Counted from the first letter of the stretch, positions 41,166 through 56,419 are shown. The stretch: 64,000 nucleotides of DNA from Haliotis cracherodii (GCF_022045235.1 NW_027266308.1:35526001-35590000), one strand, 5' to 3'. The notes: generated by a model from the letters alone, not told the origin. Program-made: numbers and translations.

Positions 41166-42545
41166 AACGTTTAGCTTACCGAGCTAATCAGACATTTCCT
41201 GTGATACCGTATGAAAACACGAAGCTGTTAAAACGGCGTGAAAGCTTTCATTGTGTGAAGGTGATTAGCACAAATGACATGTTGCAACCCCAAGGCGCCG
41301 CCTGTCTGGTGGTCCGATGTTTTGTTTTAACATCTCTAAATAGGCAATAATTAATAGGTAGCGCTTTGATGTTTATCTGCCCGCGTCATTGATGAAACGG
41401 GAATTACTAAAATCGGACGCCTTTTATGTAACTATTAAGTTTTGAATATATTTGTAGTATATTTTCCACAGAAGTGATACTGTTTTGGTAAACCAGAAAA
41501 TGTGTATTTAAACACCACTCCATCTTCAATAAGACAAACAATCATGTTTAAAAGATTTATTTAGCTCAATGCATTACGACAATGACACCATTTGAATGAT
41601 CATTAGATGTGTCAAATATACGTTTCTGATATGTGCATTGTAATTGCATTCAAATAATTCAGTGTCACCATTATTGTACCGTTAGTCAATATTTGGTGAA
41701 CATGTCCTCTTTCTGTCAGCCCATTCTGCCGTCTGTGTCGTGAAAATTGAAAGCAGTAATCAATTCCAAAATGTTTTGTACCTTTGTAATTTGGAAAAGG
41801 TTTCTCCAAACTAAACGTTTCATATTTGTTTCAAATCTAGCAGATTCTATAATTCAGCTTCGAATTTATGTTTGAAGTGTCTTCTCTATGTTTGAGCATG
41901 ATATTTTACCAAATGTACGACCTATCATTTTTCTTGTCTGAATAATTCAATCAAAAGAAAGTTATGAGATATACTTCACATCGTGGGTCTCTATCATGAA
42001 AAAGGTCTTCTTGTGGCACAGAAGCATTTTTTTAAATACAGCTCATATACTGGAGCCACTTTCATATTCACATTGATATGCTGAACATGCCTGTCTAATA
42101 AATGCAAAACGTCAACGCGAGAGAATAATCTCGTATCCCGTATATCTGCTGGAGCTGGTTCTATTTGGCGATAAAGGCACAATGGTGATGAAAATTATAT
42201 GAATGGGTCATTGAAAATCAGTGATGACAAAGAACGAATTATACCTCAAGCCTTAGGACAACATTTTTACCCCGTACTGTTAACAATAGCTGTCACGATT
42301 TAACTAAGCAAACGTATTGCCAATTAGTCACTACAAGAATAACAATAACACAACAAGACAAAAGAAGACAATTAGAATGACGTATCCTTTATGATAACAC
42401 CCGCAACAGCGACAATGGACTGTTTATGCTTGGTATTGGTAAAACACCGTGATTACTTTTACATGACAAATCCGTTTCAAGTTGTCACACATCTTTACTC
42501 TCAACAATTCATTTGTTTAATTACTTACAAAACAAACATTTCTAG

Positions 42546-42695
42546 AGAGTGAGTATGGTTTTAGCAATATTCCAGCAATATCACGGCGGGGGACACCAGA
42601 AATGGGCTTCACACATTGTACCCATGTCGGGAATCGAACCCGGGTCTTCGGCGTGACGAGCGAACGCTTTAACCACAGGCTACACGACCACCCCA
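42546..42695 (-). mobile_element. SINE family 2 copy
   Basis: Near-identical to 59309-59474; short CTAGAG flanking repeat. Confidence 0.8.
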
Positions 42696-43712
42696 CTAGA
42701 GTGAGGCGTTTCTGATTAATTTGTTTTGGGAGTATATTGATGGAATATATAATATTTTCAAACCGTATAATGAACCGAGTCTTAGTTCCTGTTGAATTTT
42801 GTTCGATTGACCAGTTTCAATGCATGAATATGAAGTCGGAAGATGAAGGTTGTGATTCTTGTAAGCTATATCCGGTTATTAATAAGTAAATGCAGATAAA
42901 TTGTATTACAAAGGAGAATAATTGCACTTATATGAATCAGCTTTGTTTCCCATCAGCTTTGCAAAATATAGCCGTTAGAGCTGTTAGAGAGTTTTAATAT
43001 AGGCTTTTAATTTTAATTATTGTTCTCCAAGAAATTTTCGGCATCGCTAAACATGATTATAATCCACCATTGGAGACTGCGTTGAATTTTACAAATAGGA
43101 AGTTGCATTCTGAATGAGTCATATGCAATTAAGAAGGTACATTTCCGTTCACAGTTTCAAAAACATGACGTGTAAGCAAAATAACTGAAACATGTGAAAT
43201 CATACGCCGACAACAACGATGTGCCGATATACAAATCTGGATAATTTCTATAACATATATAGCCACTATTAAATTCGAAACAGGCATAGACAGTCGCGCA
43301 AACGGAAAACATGTTACAAAATATAATTGCTGATTTCGTACATCTGTTACGAACATAAAATGTTATGAAATTAAAACAAGATGGCTTCTGATCTCGTCAG
43401 GGAATAGTTTCACGCTGTGCTCGGGTAACATGTTGAGCAGAACAAAAAGTGAAACAATTAAAAGAGGTGCATAACACTATGACATCGCTGCTAATGCGTT
43501 TCTCGAAAAGCATTAGGATTTGCCAAGGACATTTGGGAACAAAATAGTTGAACTGTTCAGTGTTCAGTGTGTATGAGGCCAAGTTAAGATGAAGATGTTT
43601 ATTTCTAATGAATCACCTAGGTGACATAAAGAAGTTGACAAGAGAGACATATATACAAAGAAATGAGACAATAGTTAGTGGAGCATACGCAGTCCATATT
43701 TTACATACTGGG

Positions 43713-44360
43713 CTAGTCGTAAGAGCAAGGTTTATAAGAACAAGTCATAAGTGAAACACATTTTTCAGTATTTGGATATTTACAAAAATATAATGGGAGA
43801 TATTTCTTTCTTAAATGATCCAATTCATGACATTCTAGTATAAAATGGAATTCATCACCAATTTTATTTTTACAGAGAGAGCAAAGCCTATCTCCCATAT
43901 TGAGGTTATACCATGGGCCAGTTTCAATTGGTAGTCAGTGGTTGGTGGTTCTGATTTTAGTAAGCCAGATGCGTAAATTATGAGGTAAATACAATAAGTA
44001 GTCTTCTACTGAGAGGATATCTTCATACAGATTATAATAGTGTCCTTTTGAGGAATTTACTTTACTACTCCCCCAGCTTTGTAAAAATTGATCTATAAGG
44101 ACAGTTTTGACGTTAGCCTGTATCCATAGTACACTGGGAAATTCCTGAGACAGCCAAATGTGATTCAGACCTGTGCTTTGTTAAATACGTTGGATTTCAT
44201 TAACAAGTGGGAAATTAAACTCTGGGTGGGCAATTTGGAGTTTGAACATAATTTTGTACATTATACCTGATAATTTTGTTTCTGATAGAACTATTTTGCC
44301 CCAATATGATACCATTCTTAACTTAACATGGAAGTTTATTGGGTATCCTCCCAATTCCCC
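43713..44360 (-). mobile_element. Decayed LINE ORF2 C-terminus (LPIETG...CxxC...HxxxxC)
   Basis: KIRTTNH*LPIETGPWYNLNMGDRLCSLCKNKIGDEFHFILEC; YWGKI upstream. Confidence 0.75.
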
Positions 44361-47300
44361 GCTAAGCTGCTCTAGTGTTGCACATCAATCATTTCTGTGA
44401 TATGAAAACGAATTTGAGTGCTTACGTGACTGGTTTTCAAAGCTTGCATGTCCGCCAGCCAATCTGAGCCAAGACCGTAGGGGACTAATTGTGCTTGACC
44501 GTCTTTGGTCAAATTAGCTCATTTGGTTTTGTTTCATAAGTTTGTGTATGTTTTTAGAAAAAAATCTAAAAAGTTGAACTTAAGAACAGAATTAGTTTCA
44601 TACTATTACGCAATGGATATAAGAATAGACTTAGAATGTAATCTCGCACATTTGTTTGATAATTTTACTTGGGAAATACTAGATCCACACCAGATGCAAA
44701 TCATATTATAATTATGTGTCCTTTGTTTAACCACCTAAGCAACACCATTATTTGTAAACTGATACAATGAGTGACATCTAAGGAAGGCATCGTCATGCGT
44801 ACTGAAACAGCTGTTGTTAGGACGCTCATGCAAAGAACTTCTTTTCAAAACATGTACTGTAATGGCAAATGTATGTATATCCATATATTGATTGCTGGTG
44901 TATTTGCCAAGAGGAAATGTTTCGTGAAATGAGTCAGCGTGGTGTTTCGCCGTTATCATAACTAATCCAGCCATATGACGGTAGGTTGGTTCATAAATGT
45001 GAATGTGTGATGTAAAAGGGCATTTCTGTTCATACATCCATATTGCGATTTAATTGCTATTTAATTTAATACTTTAACTATCAATACGTGAATTAAATAT
45101 CATGTATACACGTATGCAATATTATTATACATACCAATGTAACTCCAGTACAATAAACAGTTGAACTGAATATTTCTGGTCATACCTTACAGAATCGGTG
45201 CCTCATAATAGGAGATATATCTGGTATCAAGTCCGTAATTAATTTGCGAAAATGAACTAAACAATTGTACAAACAATTTTACCGAAATGGCAGGTGCCCT
45301 GGAAGCCATACATTCGATTTTCATAGATTTTATTTGTGATACATATTATGGGGAAAAAAACTGTTTTACTTCCCCTTTCAAATGCATAATCAAAAGTTAT
45401 TGTCATTGTGTCAAAAACATTCACACATGGCTTTTTGATTTTCCATAAGATTAAGGTAAAGCGTGTGTCATCAGTCTTTGTGAGAAACGTAAATCGTAAA
45501 TCACTGTAAATCGAAACGGCTTTTCCAAAGGTTGTGATTATTTATAACCAGCTTTTGTCCCTTCCGTGTCACGTATGTAAATAGACTGCCTGTTGGATTT
45601 ATGAGCCCGAAATATGGTATTTACAATAGTTGACCGTGTTCTTTTGTGTTCGAGGCCTTCACGTGTCACAGAAATTTACATGCCATTCACATAAATTGCT
45701 TTATCACATGGTGATTTGAAACTGAGCAACTTGAAGGCTCGAAACAATCTGAGTATTCATCTTAACAAATGTAATCACGTACATGTTTCGACGTTGTCCC
45801 TTTGGTTCTGTTGCCTAGTAACACTATCAATTAATCGTACTCGCTTCGCCACAGCTGACGAAGATAAATATCATTTACCGTTGAATGTCCTAGGTTTTCC
45901 CATATACATGTATTCCTCATATTTATTGTCATGCAACAATATGAAAGATATTCTATTGAAGCAAGCAACAATTATGAATTGCCTATTCTTTTGTTTAAGA
46001 GAGTATGTACATACTTGTTACTGTCATCATGTCTAATGTAATACGATGAGACACATATAGATCTGTACAGTGACCATAGTCTTATTGAGTCAACTTTCTC
46101 GAAAATGAACATGAAAATATCTACTAATCACGGAGTCTGTATTTAAAATTCCCGGTTGAATCATGTAGTTTTTTTTACTAAGCCCCAACCACTACTTTCT
46201 GTGCACATGAAGCTTTATCACCAATCAGTAGTTAAAATGTTGGCAGAGCATGTCTATCCTTTTCGCGAAGACCTGGTGTCATTTTTATTTTCAGTGATCT
46301 CTTTTACGCCCAATGGAATCTGTTTCGCAGACAATCAAGACTGAATATTCTCAGGCATTGACGGTTTATATTTAAGCTAAGATATGTTATGGAACTTTAC
46401 TGGGCTTGATAAGGTATATGTGGGAGACAACAGTAGTTATGAAGGGCAACTATACGCTATGCTATGTACAGGAACTATATGGGCGTGATAAGCAGTATGT
46501 AGGAAATATAATGACCAATTACAATGTCAAACAAACACTACCCATGTCAATGATTTATGTTGATTTGGCATGCTAAACGGTGGAAACACAGCGGTTCCCC
46601 AGACTAAGCTTCCATGTATTCGGACATTGTAGGCGATGATTTGATTCAAATCTGTACTGCTGGATCAGGGACTTCATATTAGTCTTTGTATAAATTCCCT
46701 CGTTATATGGGCGGAAATCGTCGCCGCCAGCTACCACCAGAGACAAATACTGCAATACTCCAGACAGTTATGTAATATCTTTGCTTATGGTAACATGGCC
46801 ATTCTGTGCTGATAACGAATGAATAATTAACCGCAACTGTCAAAATAATTCCGTGGGCTTTCTGGACGGTTACGTGATTACGAATACAATCAAGAGCTGT
46901 AAATATTGATTGCTGTGACCGGTGTCAAGCAGCTCACGGTCATTAGGACAGGGGTTGTCCCTGTCAATTTCCTCCCCCATAAACGTGTGTGAATGAAACA
47001 AATAGATAACCAACCCTGATAACGCTGGATTGCGCAATGCAGTTCTTTGTTCAAGAGTAGAGTCAAGAGTATCCTTCAACACTCGGGGGAAGGGTGGCTT
47101 AATGGTCAAGGTATTAGCTTACCTGATTTGCTGGCTATGGTGGGAAACTAATTACCCTGATAATGACCCTTGGTTCTCAACTATATGCGTTATCTGCCCA
47201 CATTGAACAAGCAGCATTTTACAACTACAAATTGTTAAAGGTGGCCTTCGACCCCTACGTACAGACCCCTAACTTGGTAAGAAAAGTATCCTTAGACTTC

Positions 47301-49076
47301 CGCCAGAGGTATAATATGTGGGTTATCGATATACTGTTTATATATCTTGTGTTGATCTTAATATATTTCTGAATAAGGAATGATACTGTTTCCCGATTGA
47401 TTTGGTTTGCGCACACATTATGGTTGTGTAGTACAGTTCGCCCAGCGAAGTGTTACACATTGAATTCCAATATTACACAAGGCCACATTATTCAAGGTAC
47501 ACTAGATGGTGTAGAATGTTCCACAAAGGCCAAGTGATCAACGTCGATCTACAAAAACTGAAACGTTTGTATTGACTCAAATAATACAGGTATCATAAAT
47601 GCTACAATCGAACGCATTTTCTTCTATTGTTGCCCATCACAGTACCATCCATGTTGAATCTTTATAACAATGGAAGGTAACTAGAATATACCTCACAACT
47701 GCTGCCTAATAATCCACTCAACGGTCAATATACAGGATGGCAAACGACCTTCAGGAGTAATCAGAACATGTTCAGCCATCCCCAACCCCTGCTGTCGCCA
47801 CCGTCCATACAAGGATTCATGTCACGTGTTTTAGCTTATCAATTTCAATTTTATAATTAACCGCGTTTCGCGTGTTAGTATTACTCATTATAACGGTCTC
47901 ATTATCGATGCCATTTCCAGGCATGCTATCCTCATTACATCATTCGTAAATAGACAACACACAAGCCCACATATGGTTGTTCCTGATGATATTGCGCTTC
48001 ACATACCTGTAAATAGCGACTATTGCAACACCATTGTACACTACGCTAAACAACTGACCCTTGTCAGTAAATTAATTCATTAGACATGAAACGTTATTTG
48101 CAATGAAGTTTGCAAGAATTGAGGAATAATTGAATTATAAATCCAGTATTTATAATGTTCATATTGATTACTTGTATCATTCATTATTCAAGACTAAATT
48201 AGCTCCTTTCATTCACTTTGCAGTATGTCACTTCAAAGAAATCACTGGGTGTTATCACGTTCATGTTATCGCCACGGTCACTGATCAATGTCCATTTACA
48301 AAGTTGACTAGAATGGGCATGGGTCGCCCCTAGGGTGTACCAGGAGTCTGGGGTCAACAGCAAGGCTCCATTGTCCACAGAACGATGCCGGTATTCACAT
48401 TAGCGTTTTTCATGGCTTAAAAAGCCAGCATGACTTCTGGTTGGTCCCAATTAAAGCTTTTACGAGAAGTTGAAAGTGTCAGTGGCTCTACATTGAAAGA
48501 GATGGAAAGTAATATGGAGAATCCTTGGGATTTTGTGCTGGATTAAAAACGCCAATTTGATTTTTTTTTTTTTTTTTATGAAAGTCTATGGCGTCTTTGT
48601 ATGTGATAAAATCGGATTGTGTGGAGAATTTTGAAAGTCGACTTGTCAAACAACATCAGGCAACCACATATGTTATGAAGCGTAATTGTGGTTTGTGAAA
48701 TATATCACAGCAGGTAAGTTTTTCTCTTCGTATTTTTACTTAACTGTTCTTTGTTGGGTTTTCAAAAATACATACTTAGCACAGAAAGTAGTTATTACCA
48801 ACTAACTACAATTAAAATGGAAATGCAGAGATGGAGAAGATCAGATAGTGGCGTAAAGAAAGAAAATAAACCGAAAGCACAACTATGAAAATAATGTTTA
48901 TTCAATATAAAATAAGCAACAAATAAATAAAAATGACGGAATTAGTTGCATGCACTCTGCAAGTAGTATACACTATTTGGCTTTTCATACGCGTTATCTT
49001 TACACACATGCACACAATATACATCGTGAGAAATATTATCCATATGCGGCAGGAACTGTTTTATCAATGGCACCTA

Positions 49077-50162
49077 TCACATCACTCCTATCTGAGACCC
49101 TTGTCTTATCACAGAATATTGCCCAAGGTAATCCACATGTCTCGCCTGCAGACATCTCCTCTTATGGGAATTGTCACTATCACTTGACCATTTCCTCTTG
49201 TTCCTGACAGCTGTGGCTACAGATTTATCCCCGACAGGATTTACTAAAGTATTTCCGAATGAATTAACCGGTGCATTTACAGCCACACATCTGTTTGTGC
49301 TCATGCTGTATGTGGGATACACATATCCTTTGAAGTCCTTGCACATATTTAAAGTCCTGTTGTACGGCGTGGTATTCCTTGGATGGTGCTGAGGTATTTC
49401 ACTTTGGTAACAATTGAATCTCCTTTGTTCAAATGGCGTTGAATGTAGATCTGGTCGATGGTAATTTGAATGCAATTGTCTTTGATCATGAGTACAATCC
49501 CTTTTTTGTTCGACTGCAAGGATCTGTATATCTGGTAACTGATCATGTCTCTGCAATTCTTGACTAATATCATCGACGAGAATCTCATATTCTTTTGTAT
49601 CCAGAAGTTCCAACAAATCCTGAGTTTGGAGATCTGAGGAGAATAAAGAAGCAAGGCTTGAATATTCATATTTGAATTATTTATAAATCTAAATAAGTAC
49701 ATTTATATTTGGCATTTGGTATAAGTAGAGGTCATAATAATATTCGATTTGACAACAACAAAATTCTAATTCATCCAAGACTATCCATGGAGAAATATTA
49801 TCAGAACATAAGCATGAAGTATGCATTATCAGTACCGAGCTCCACTTACCAGTGATTTCAAGTAGATCGTCAGGAACATCCACTGGGTGCACAGAAGAAT
49901 GCATTGGTGGACATCTGGAAGTTAAACTGGTATCCGCATGGTGCATTGTCTGGGAGAACCTGATTGAACTCTCCCTTCTGCCTGAACACGTCCATTGAAT
50001 GTTGTTATATCCACAGTAATTTGTAGATCTCTGCGCAACCATTAACATTGGTTCATTTTTGTATCTTGGATCATCCAGGCCTGGAAACCTGGACATGTCG
50101 AGATCATAACTTGAGCTGGTATCAACACTGAGAGGCTGTAACAGATGTGTTGGAACGCCCAT
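49077..50162 (-). CDS. G6: same family, subfamily B, 289 aa; exons 50162-49850 and 49633-49077
   Basis: MGVPTHLLQPLSVDTSSSYDLDMSRFPGLDDPRYKNEPMLMVA. Consensus donor ACTG|GTAAGT; acceptor ttctcctcag|AT; 216-nt phase-1 intron; in frame with ORF 49077..49616. TATATAAA upstream; AATAAA at 48902-48897. Confidence 0.85.
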
Positions 50163-50198
50163 GTCTATCTGTAAATGACTGCTGGGATTCTCCTGATC

Positions 50199-50263
50199 TT
50201 TATATAGTCTCATTTATGCCACCAGTAGCAGCCAATCAGGTGTGAGCTTAGAATGATTGACAG
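50199..50263 (-). promoter_or_regulatory. G6 core promoter: TATATAAA, CCAAT box, TGATTGACAG
   Basis: TATA at 50206-50199; CCAAT at 50232-50236; TGATTGACAG at 50254-50263. Confidence 0.65.
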
Positions 50264-53200
50264 CTAGGAAATGGTAATTATATCGTTATCATGTGGCAAA
50301 CAAATCTCTCAGGGTCTGATGTATAGCTTTTAAGCGGGGTCATCTGTGATGGAAGTTGAAAGGCGGAATAGTGTGTGGGCAAAGTGACGAGTGTTCAGGG
50401 TCTACCTGCTGTGTAATCACCTCACTTGTGGACATTGCATAATAGCCTCCGGCTGATGTTGCGAGCCTATCATTAATCAATATACACAACTGTGTTTAAT
50501 TATTACAACAATCGTAAATTATTCTCTTTTATCACCCGTGACATAATATGCTAGCATTGCCATCCCCATTAACTTACCCTATTTATCTGTCGCGTTTGAT
50601 TTATTGTCAGTATAGTGCATGATGGTGAAAGCAAACTTTGTTTTTCTGCTGCATGTATCATTCATCAGTATCTCTACTGTATGTGCATGAAATGACCAGT
50701 GTCCAGATCTGACAGTAATAGCATCCTGTCCAGTAAACATGGTTTTCATTCATGTTGGTTGCCTTTCTACTCGAGTGGAATATTTGCATTTATTTTTATC
50801 AAAACCAGTCTAGATCAAATCAGCATTAGAATTGTTTCAGAAATCTATTGTGTAAAAATATAAAAATCCATAGACTATGTGATATGCTACGTGATTGGTT
50901 GATGGAATGTATGATGAGACATATTACCGTATTCATATCATGCATGCTTCATACAACGCGTGTTAGATTGGAGGTTTTATGCGAAGGTACCCAGTAAAAC
51001 CTGTTGCTTGACATCTGTGCCAAGGTGTGTTGCACAAGTGAATTCCTGTATTACACACAAACCCATTTAGCTCAATATATATGCGTTCGAGTTGCGTATA
51101 TGTTAAAACCATTTACAATTATTCCACGTTCGTCCTTCATGGCTTCTTCTATAACGAATATGGGTTATAAGCAACATGTTTTTTATGTATTTATCATCCA
51201 CAATTTGACACCACACTTCAGCGTCAAGTGAACCTCGCACTTTGTATGCGGCTACATAAATGTCACCTATGTGATGTAGGTGAACATTATTTGTTCTCAA
51301 ACTGATACATATCATTTATAATTACCTTTCATCAACACAATGGAACCGGAGATTAGATTCCAGGGTCAGAATTTATAAGCTCTGTGCTAAGTCACACGTG
51401 ATGGGGGCGACTAACATCTGTTGGATGGCTCCATGGAAGGTCATCTGTGACTAGAGGGGCGATAAGCGGCTAATGACTAACACACGAGCGTGTGAAATGA
51501 CCAGTGACCAGTTCCAAACCCCATAATCATCACTGTGTAAACGCCATGGCAACCTCTGGTAAAGATCGGCTTTGCGTTTCCTTCTGTATAATGCAAGACC
51601 GGCAATGTCTTGTCATTAGCAGAAATATAGTCTTTTCAAAGAATGGTATTAACGATTCTTAACCTTTGCCCAGGGGCAGCACACGGCACAGGTTACAATG
51701 GAGGATTTACATATATTATTTCTGATCAGATTTATAAAATTCTAAATAGCTTTGTTTCACATTTGCGTATAAATGCATATATTCTTGGTTATACAAGTTT
51801 GTCGATGCCAAGCTGCAAGTCTAAATAACCCATTGAGCTACCTAAGTTTTAGCTATAATTTTCTGATTAAGTTTAAACAATTTTGTATTTCCATGAATGA
51901 AAACCTGGATTGGCTCAACACCTGAAGACATCTCCAGTACACATATTATCGATACAATTTTCAGAACAACATACTACAGACAATTCTATACTAGTATGAC
52001 TTAACTCGACTAGGCAGTAAATCATAATGTTACACAACGTAATTGTTTTGTACAAATATTATAAATAACACTTAAAAGCTACTAAAGCGATTAGTTTGGG
52101 TAAAAAAATCATGGACAGATTTATTATTTTTTAAATTAATGCATCTGAAAAATCTGAATTACCGAACAATATAGTTGTTATACTATATTCCTTATTGTAG
52201 AAAATAACCAGTTAGATCTAACAAGGCTGAAATTTGAACTATAATGAAGAATACATACTGAAAACTGTCTCCGTCGTAAAATCCGAAGCTACAAGTTGAA
52301 ATATCACTCAAATATCAAAATTTGTGTCCATTTAGGTCGCCAAATCAAATGAAAGTTTACAATGAGTATTCTGATTAACTCTCGTTCCGTATGTTTTGAA
52401 TATGTGATGTTCATTGCTTGATATATAGAGGTTATCGAGCGGATCCTGTAAAGTAAATATATCTATTTACTATACCCAAGCACACAATCCTGCTAACCTC
52501 TCTTCCTATCACTCACACACATTACCTGAAAAAATCGCGAGCTTTCCTGGAATGTGCGCATTGATATATATCACGTCAGAAGGTGATGTGTCAGTCGGAC
52601 AGTGACAACAGTCAATGTGGTTCAAACTGAACCCTGTTTATCATACAGTGGCGTAAGTACATATACACAAAACAACTGACTTCACAAATTGTTTATAGAT
52701 CGCGGCACTACATAGCTCTGTCCGCTAGAGTAACTGCCCTTTATCAAAGGGAAGCTACTCTAAACCTAGTCTGTGAGACGTCACGATTGTTAGAGTTTGC
52801 CTGTCATGTCATATTGTTTTGAAGTGCAGTCAGATGCACGCAGCGACAAAACGATTCAAGATAACAATTCGGACACAGTTCGACCAAATCCAACTGTTTT
52901 ATTTTGGGGAAAAGGTTCGAAGCCGCAGAGGTCTACAAGCACAGATATCCAGCAAAGCTAGCGTGCTCGCTAAATTGTTTCGCTATTTATATCCAAAGTT
53001 GCCAAAACTTGTAAAAAAGCCTCAGATATGTCACAGTTAGACACTGATTGTCAGTATAGTAGACTATTCTTTATAATAATTATAGCAATTACCCCAGTAC
53101 TTTCTCCAGATTCCCCATGGTCAATCGAATCGCCGAATGACTAGGGCGACGCCATGTTTGTTACTAAACACTGACAGTAGTCCCAACTTGACCTTTGATA

Positions 53201-53559
53201 TTTGCATCTCTATCCGCATTTGACTCCAACGGATGTCATTTTATGATACCCATTTTATGATAAGTGTTTGTTTTTAGTCCTTTTTAATTCGCGACAAAGA
53301 GTCTCTGCACTGTAGAATGTCATCCATCACTTTCCAATCGTGTTAAAACGGTTTTTATACGTTTCTGTGTGACAAATTAAAATCTGGAGTATGTCGGGGG
53401 ACCTTGTAGCATATGGGGATCTGGCAAGCACATTTACCGGCATTAGATCTAAACATTCGGACGTACTGTTGATAAAACAAAACCTTTCCATAGCGACAAG
53501 AATCTGCAAATAGCAGAGTCGTGCGATTCCGACTATATCACGGGCATGCGTTTATGTAA

Positions 53560-53732
53560 TCTGTCTTACAGACCCTGATACAAATATATATCAAATACAG
53601 CCAATGCAAATCTATAATGTTTGACAAGTCTAGATTACTGCAGTATCAGGAAAATGAAGAGAGTCACTGGGCTCCTTTTTATTATATTTTTTATGTAGGA
53701 TGTGTTCATTTCAGAGACTAGATGTTAGTCTA
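53560..53732. mobile_element. Inverted partial copy of the 28698-29129 repeat
   Basis: Reverse complement of ~28698-28880. Confidence 0.6.
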
Positions 53733-56419
53733 GCGTTTATGAATTACCATCCATTAGGGTTCGCAAAGACATGAACATATCCTTCCCCACCGGTGGCACC
53801 GTCACCAACACATGCTAAATCAATTTTTCACCTGACAACAAACCCACCTGAACACATGGCACATGTCAAAATAGGGAACTGCATCAGACATCATTTTTGT
53901 AAATGATACGTCAAATTTAGAATTGTTTGCACATGTCTACAATAAAACCTTGAATGTTGTAGAAAATAAATTTGATCCAGACTTATTTGGATTAAAATTT
54001 GCTTTCCATTTCGGTATTAAGTCTAAATATGTATTTAAAGAGAGTGTTGATTAATCCAAGTCGTCGATAATTTCATATAGAGATTTTGCAGCTCTGCATT
54101 GCGATGATAAAAATATGGCATTCATTGGCGTGGTGACAACAATAGCCGTACCTGTATGTACCATAAAAGTTCCTTGTGACATAACATTGCACAAGGATTT
54201 GTTGTTCATTTTTTTAATATCTGAAGAATGAAAATGGAGAACCAACAATGAAATGTTTTTAAACTCACCTTATGGGTCACTTTGACACTGTTTTGCGAAC
54301 ATAATCACAGGCACTTTTTTTTAAAAGGTTTTGATATCAAAACACCAGGAAACACAACTTTGTGTTCTTAAATTAATGCAGAAAACAAAGTTGTTTGTAG
54401 CAGTAATCAGTCACATTTTATGTAAAGGGTCCCCTTTCCGCAAAAAGCGTGAGAAAGCACAATACCGATAATGAGAGTGTTAATTTGTTTTTCTATTCAG
54501 TCACCACTAAATTGCATAACATACAGACTTCTCTTGATCCCAGAAATAAATATTACCCTGGTGTGCGTATACATTTGTATCTTTTGTCAAGCTGTACAGG
54601 GAAGGAACAGGAACGACATTAGCAATGGATAAAAGGCGCCGCGTTAACACGCCATATGTAACCGGGACGAGCAAGGTACTTCAAGCCAGGAAGACAGCAT
54701 TAGAACTACAATGTGGTCCTGAGATTTACGCTATAATTTGTAAATATCAAAAGGAGAGGCGATAAAACGACCTCTTCGATTCGCTCGATTTCACTTTAAA
54801 GGAAAAATTGGGATAAAAAAGAAAATACGGACAAAGAAATGCACAAGTGCAGGTTGGACTTCTTTATGTTTCAGATGATTACAATACAACGACGAACTTT
54901 ATGAGATACCTTTTGAAGTCACAGGTGTAATTATTGGTGGGATGGGCGTCCAGCGGCTTTGTGCACTGGGCTATGTAAATCATGAAATAAAGTGGTCATG
55001 ATCAACATTCTGTGACCATGACGACTTGCATTGTGAGTTGGCTTGGGTTCTTATCAGACATAATGGCTGACATTTATCATGTTCAACAAAAAAGTTTATT
55101 TTAAATGCTCCCTTGCCAGACCGTGCGAGACGAGCCTTTTATGTCACGGACGGTCAGCCTTTGAAACATGCACGTCCGATGCTCTGGCTGATTTAATTTG
55201 TTTAGTTTCAGTTAATAAAATACAGGATATGACCTTCTCACATGAGTGGCATTTAAATAATGACATGATACTAATATACTGCTAAACATTTGCAACTACT
55301 ATTCATGTCCAAACTTAACATGGACTGGACTTTTTAATCAGCTTTCTGGCTGGTAAACATGTGACTTTAAACTCTGACAAAATATCAGTATATCTTATTA
55401 TGTTATCAGAAGAAAAAAAACATTAACAAATTAATCCTGTGTGGAATATTTGAGCAGATACATCATCAAATGCGTATACAACGTCACCGCCAGAGAATAA
55501 TCAAAATACGCAAAATTTGGTGGAGTATTTTAACATACTACAACATTCTGCTCAACAGGTAGTCTTAACAATTACACAGACACACAGTTTCCATAACATA
55601 AAAAACAAACGAATTGTGTATCTTTCACTTGAATTGATTGAGCTGGCCTCTTGACTCCGTGTATATTCGTGTCTAAAAAAGCGAAGTATTGTATGTTATG
55701 CTTGATAACTATATTATGAACATGACGTCAGAAGTGTTAAAGTTGTCGTTCATTAATGTCGGCATGTATAAAGAGTGGTTACAATGTAAGTATTGGAATG
55801 GTAAGATGATATATTTGAAGACTATTTTCAATCTAACGCGAATTACCCATTCTTCTATTGTACACGATGTCAGTTGTAGGTTATGAGGTATGTAAAACTA
55901 TTTTAAAATGTAATATATAACATGCAAACAATGTACAAAAAGGCAATATAATATCGTCACAAACAAACCAATATAGCCATACAAAGCATCTAAACTGATC
56001 AAATCAGTATAAACACAAACATTAATAACTAAACTTAAAAAACACATTTCCTCGGAATGTTCAGAAATTTATGAGCATCCATTTCAAGGATCCATCAGTA
56101 GGTATAGGAATGCAGTCAAAGATTATCATAACAATATATTGCAATACCCATGTCATAATATATTTCAAAAATGAAATTATGACGGTTATGAAGGTCTCGT
56201 AAAGATATCTAATTCATAACTTTTATCATCACTTCTGTGTTCAAATAAATAGATTAGACAATAAAATACTACATACTTCCTACTTCATCAAGCGGAAACC
56301 TTAGGGCAGTGTTGTAATGGCACAAGGATTTAAACGAACTTGTTATAAACTAGATTACGTCCACAAAGCTTGCATAAGCCCGTTCCATGTTGTCGTCAAC
56401 TATTTAGAAATGGATACTG

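Noticed and set aside
50163-50213. Upstream in-frame starts in the ORF track (50213, 28101, 34590, 41108, 62504, 1833)
   Set aside because: They overlap, precede or closely follow the TATA-like element, or are non-ATG. Paralogue alignment places the start 3-4 codons before the conserved PxH.
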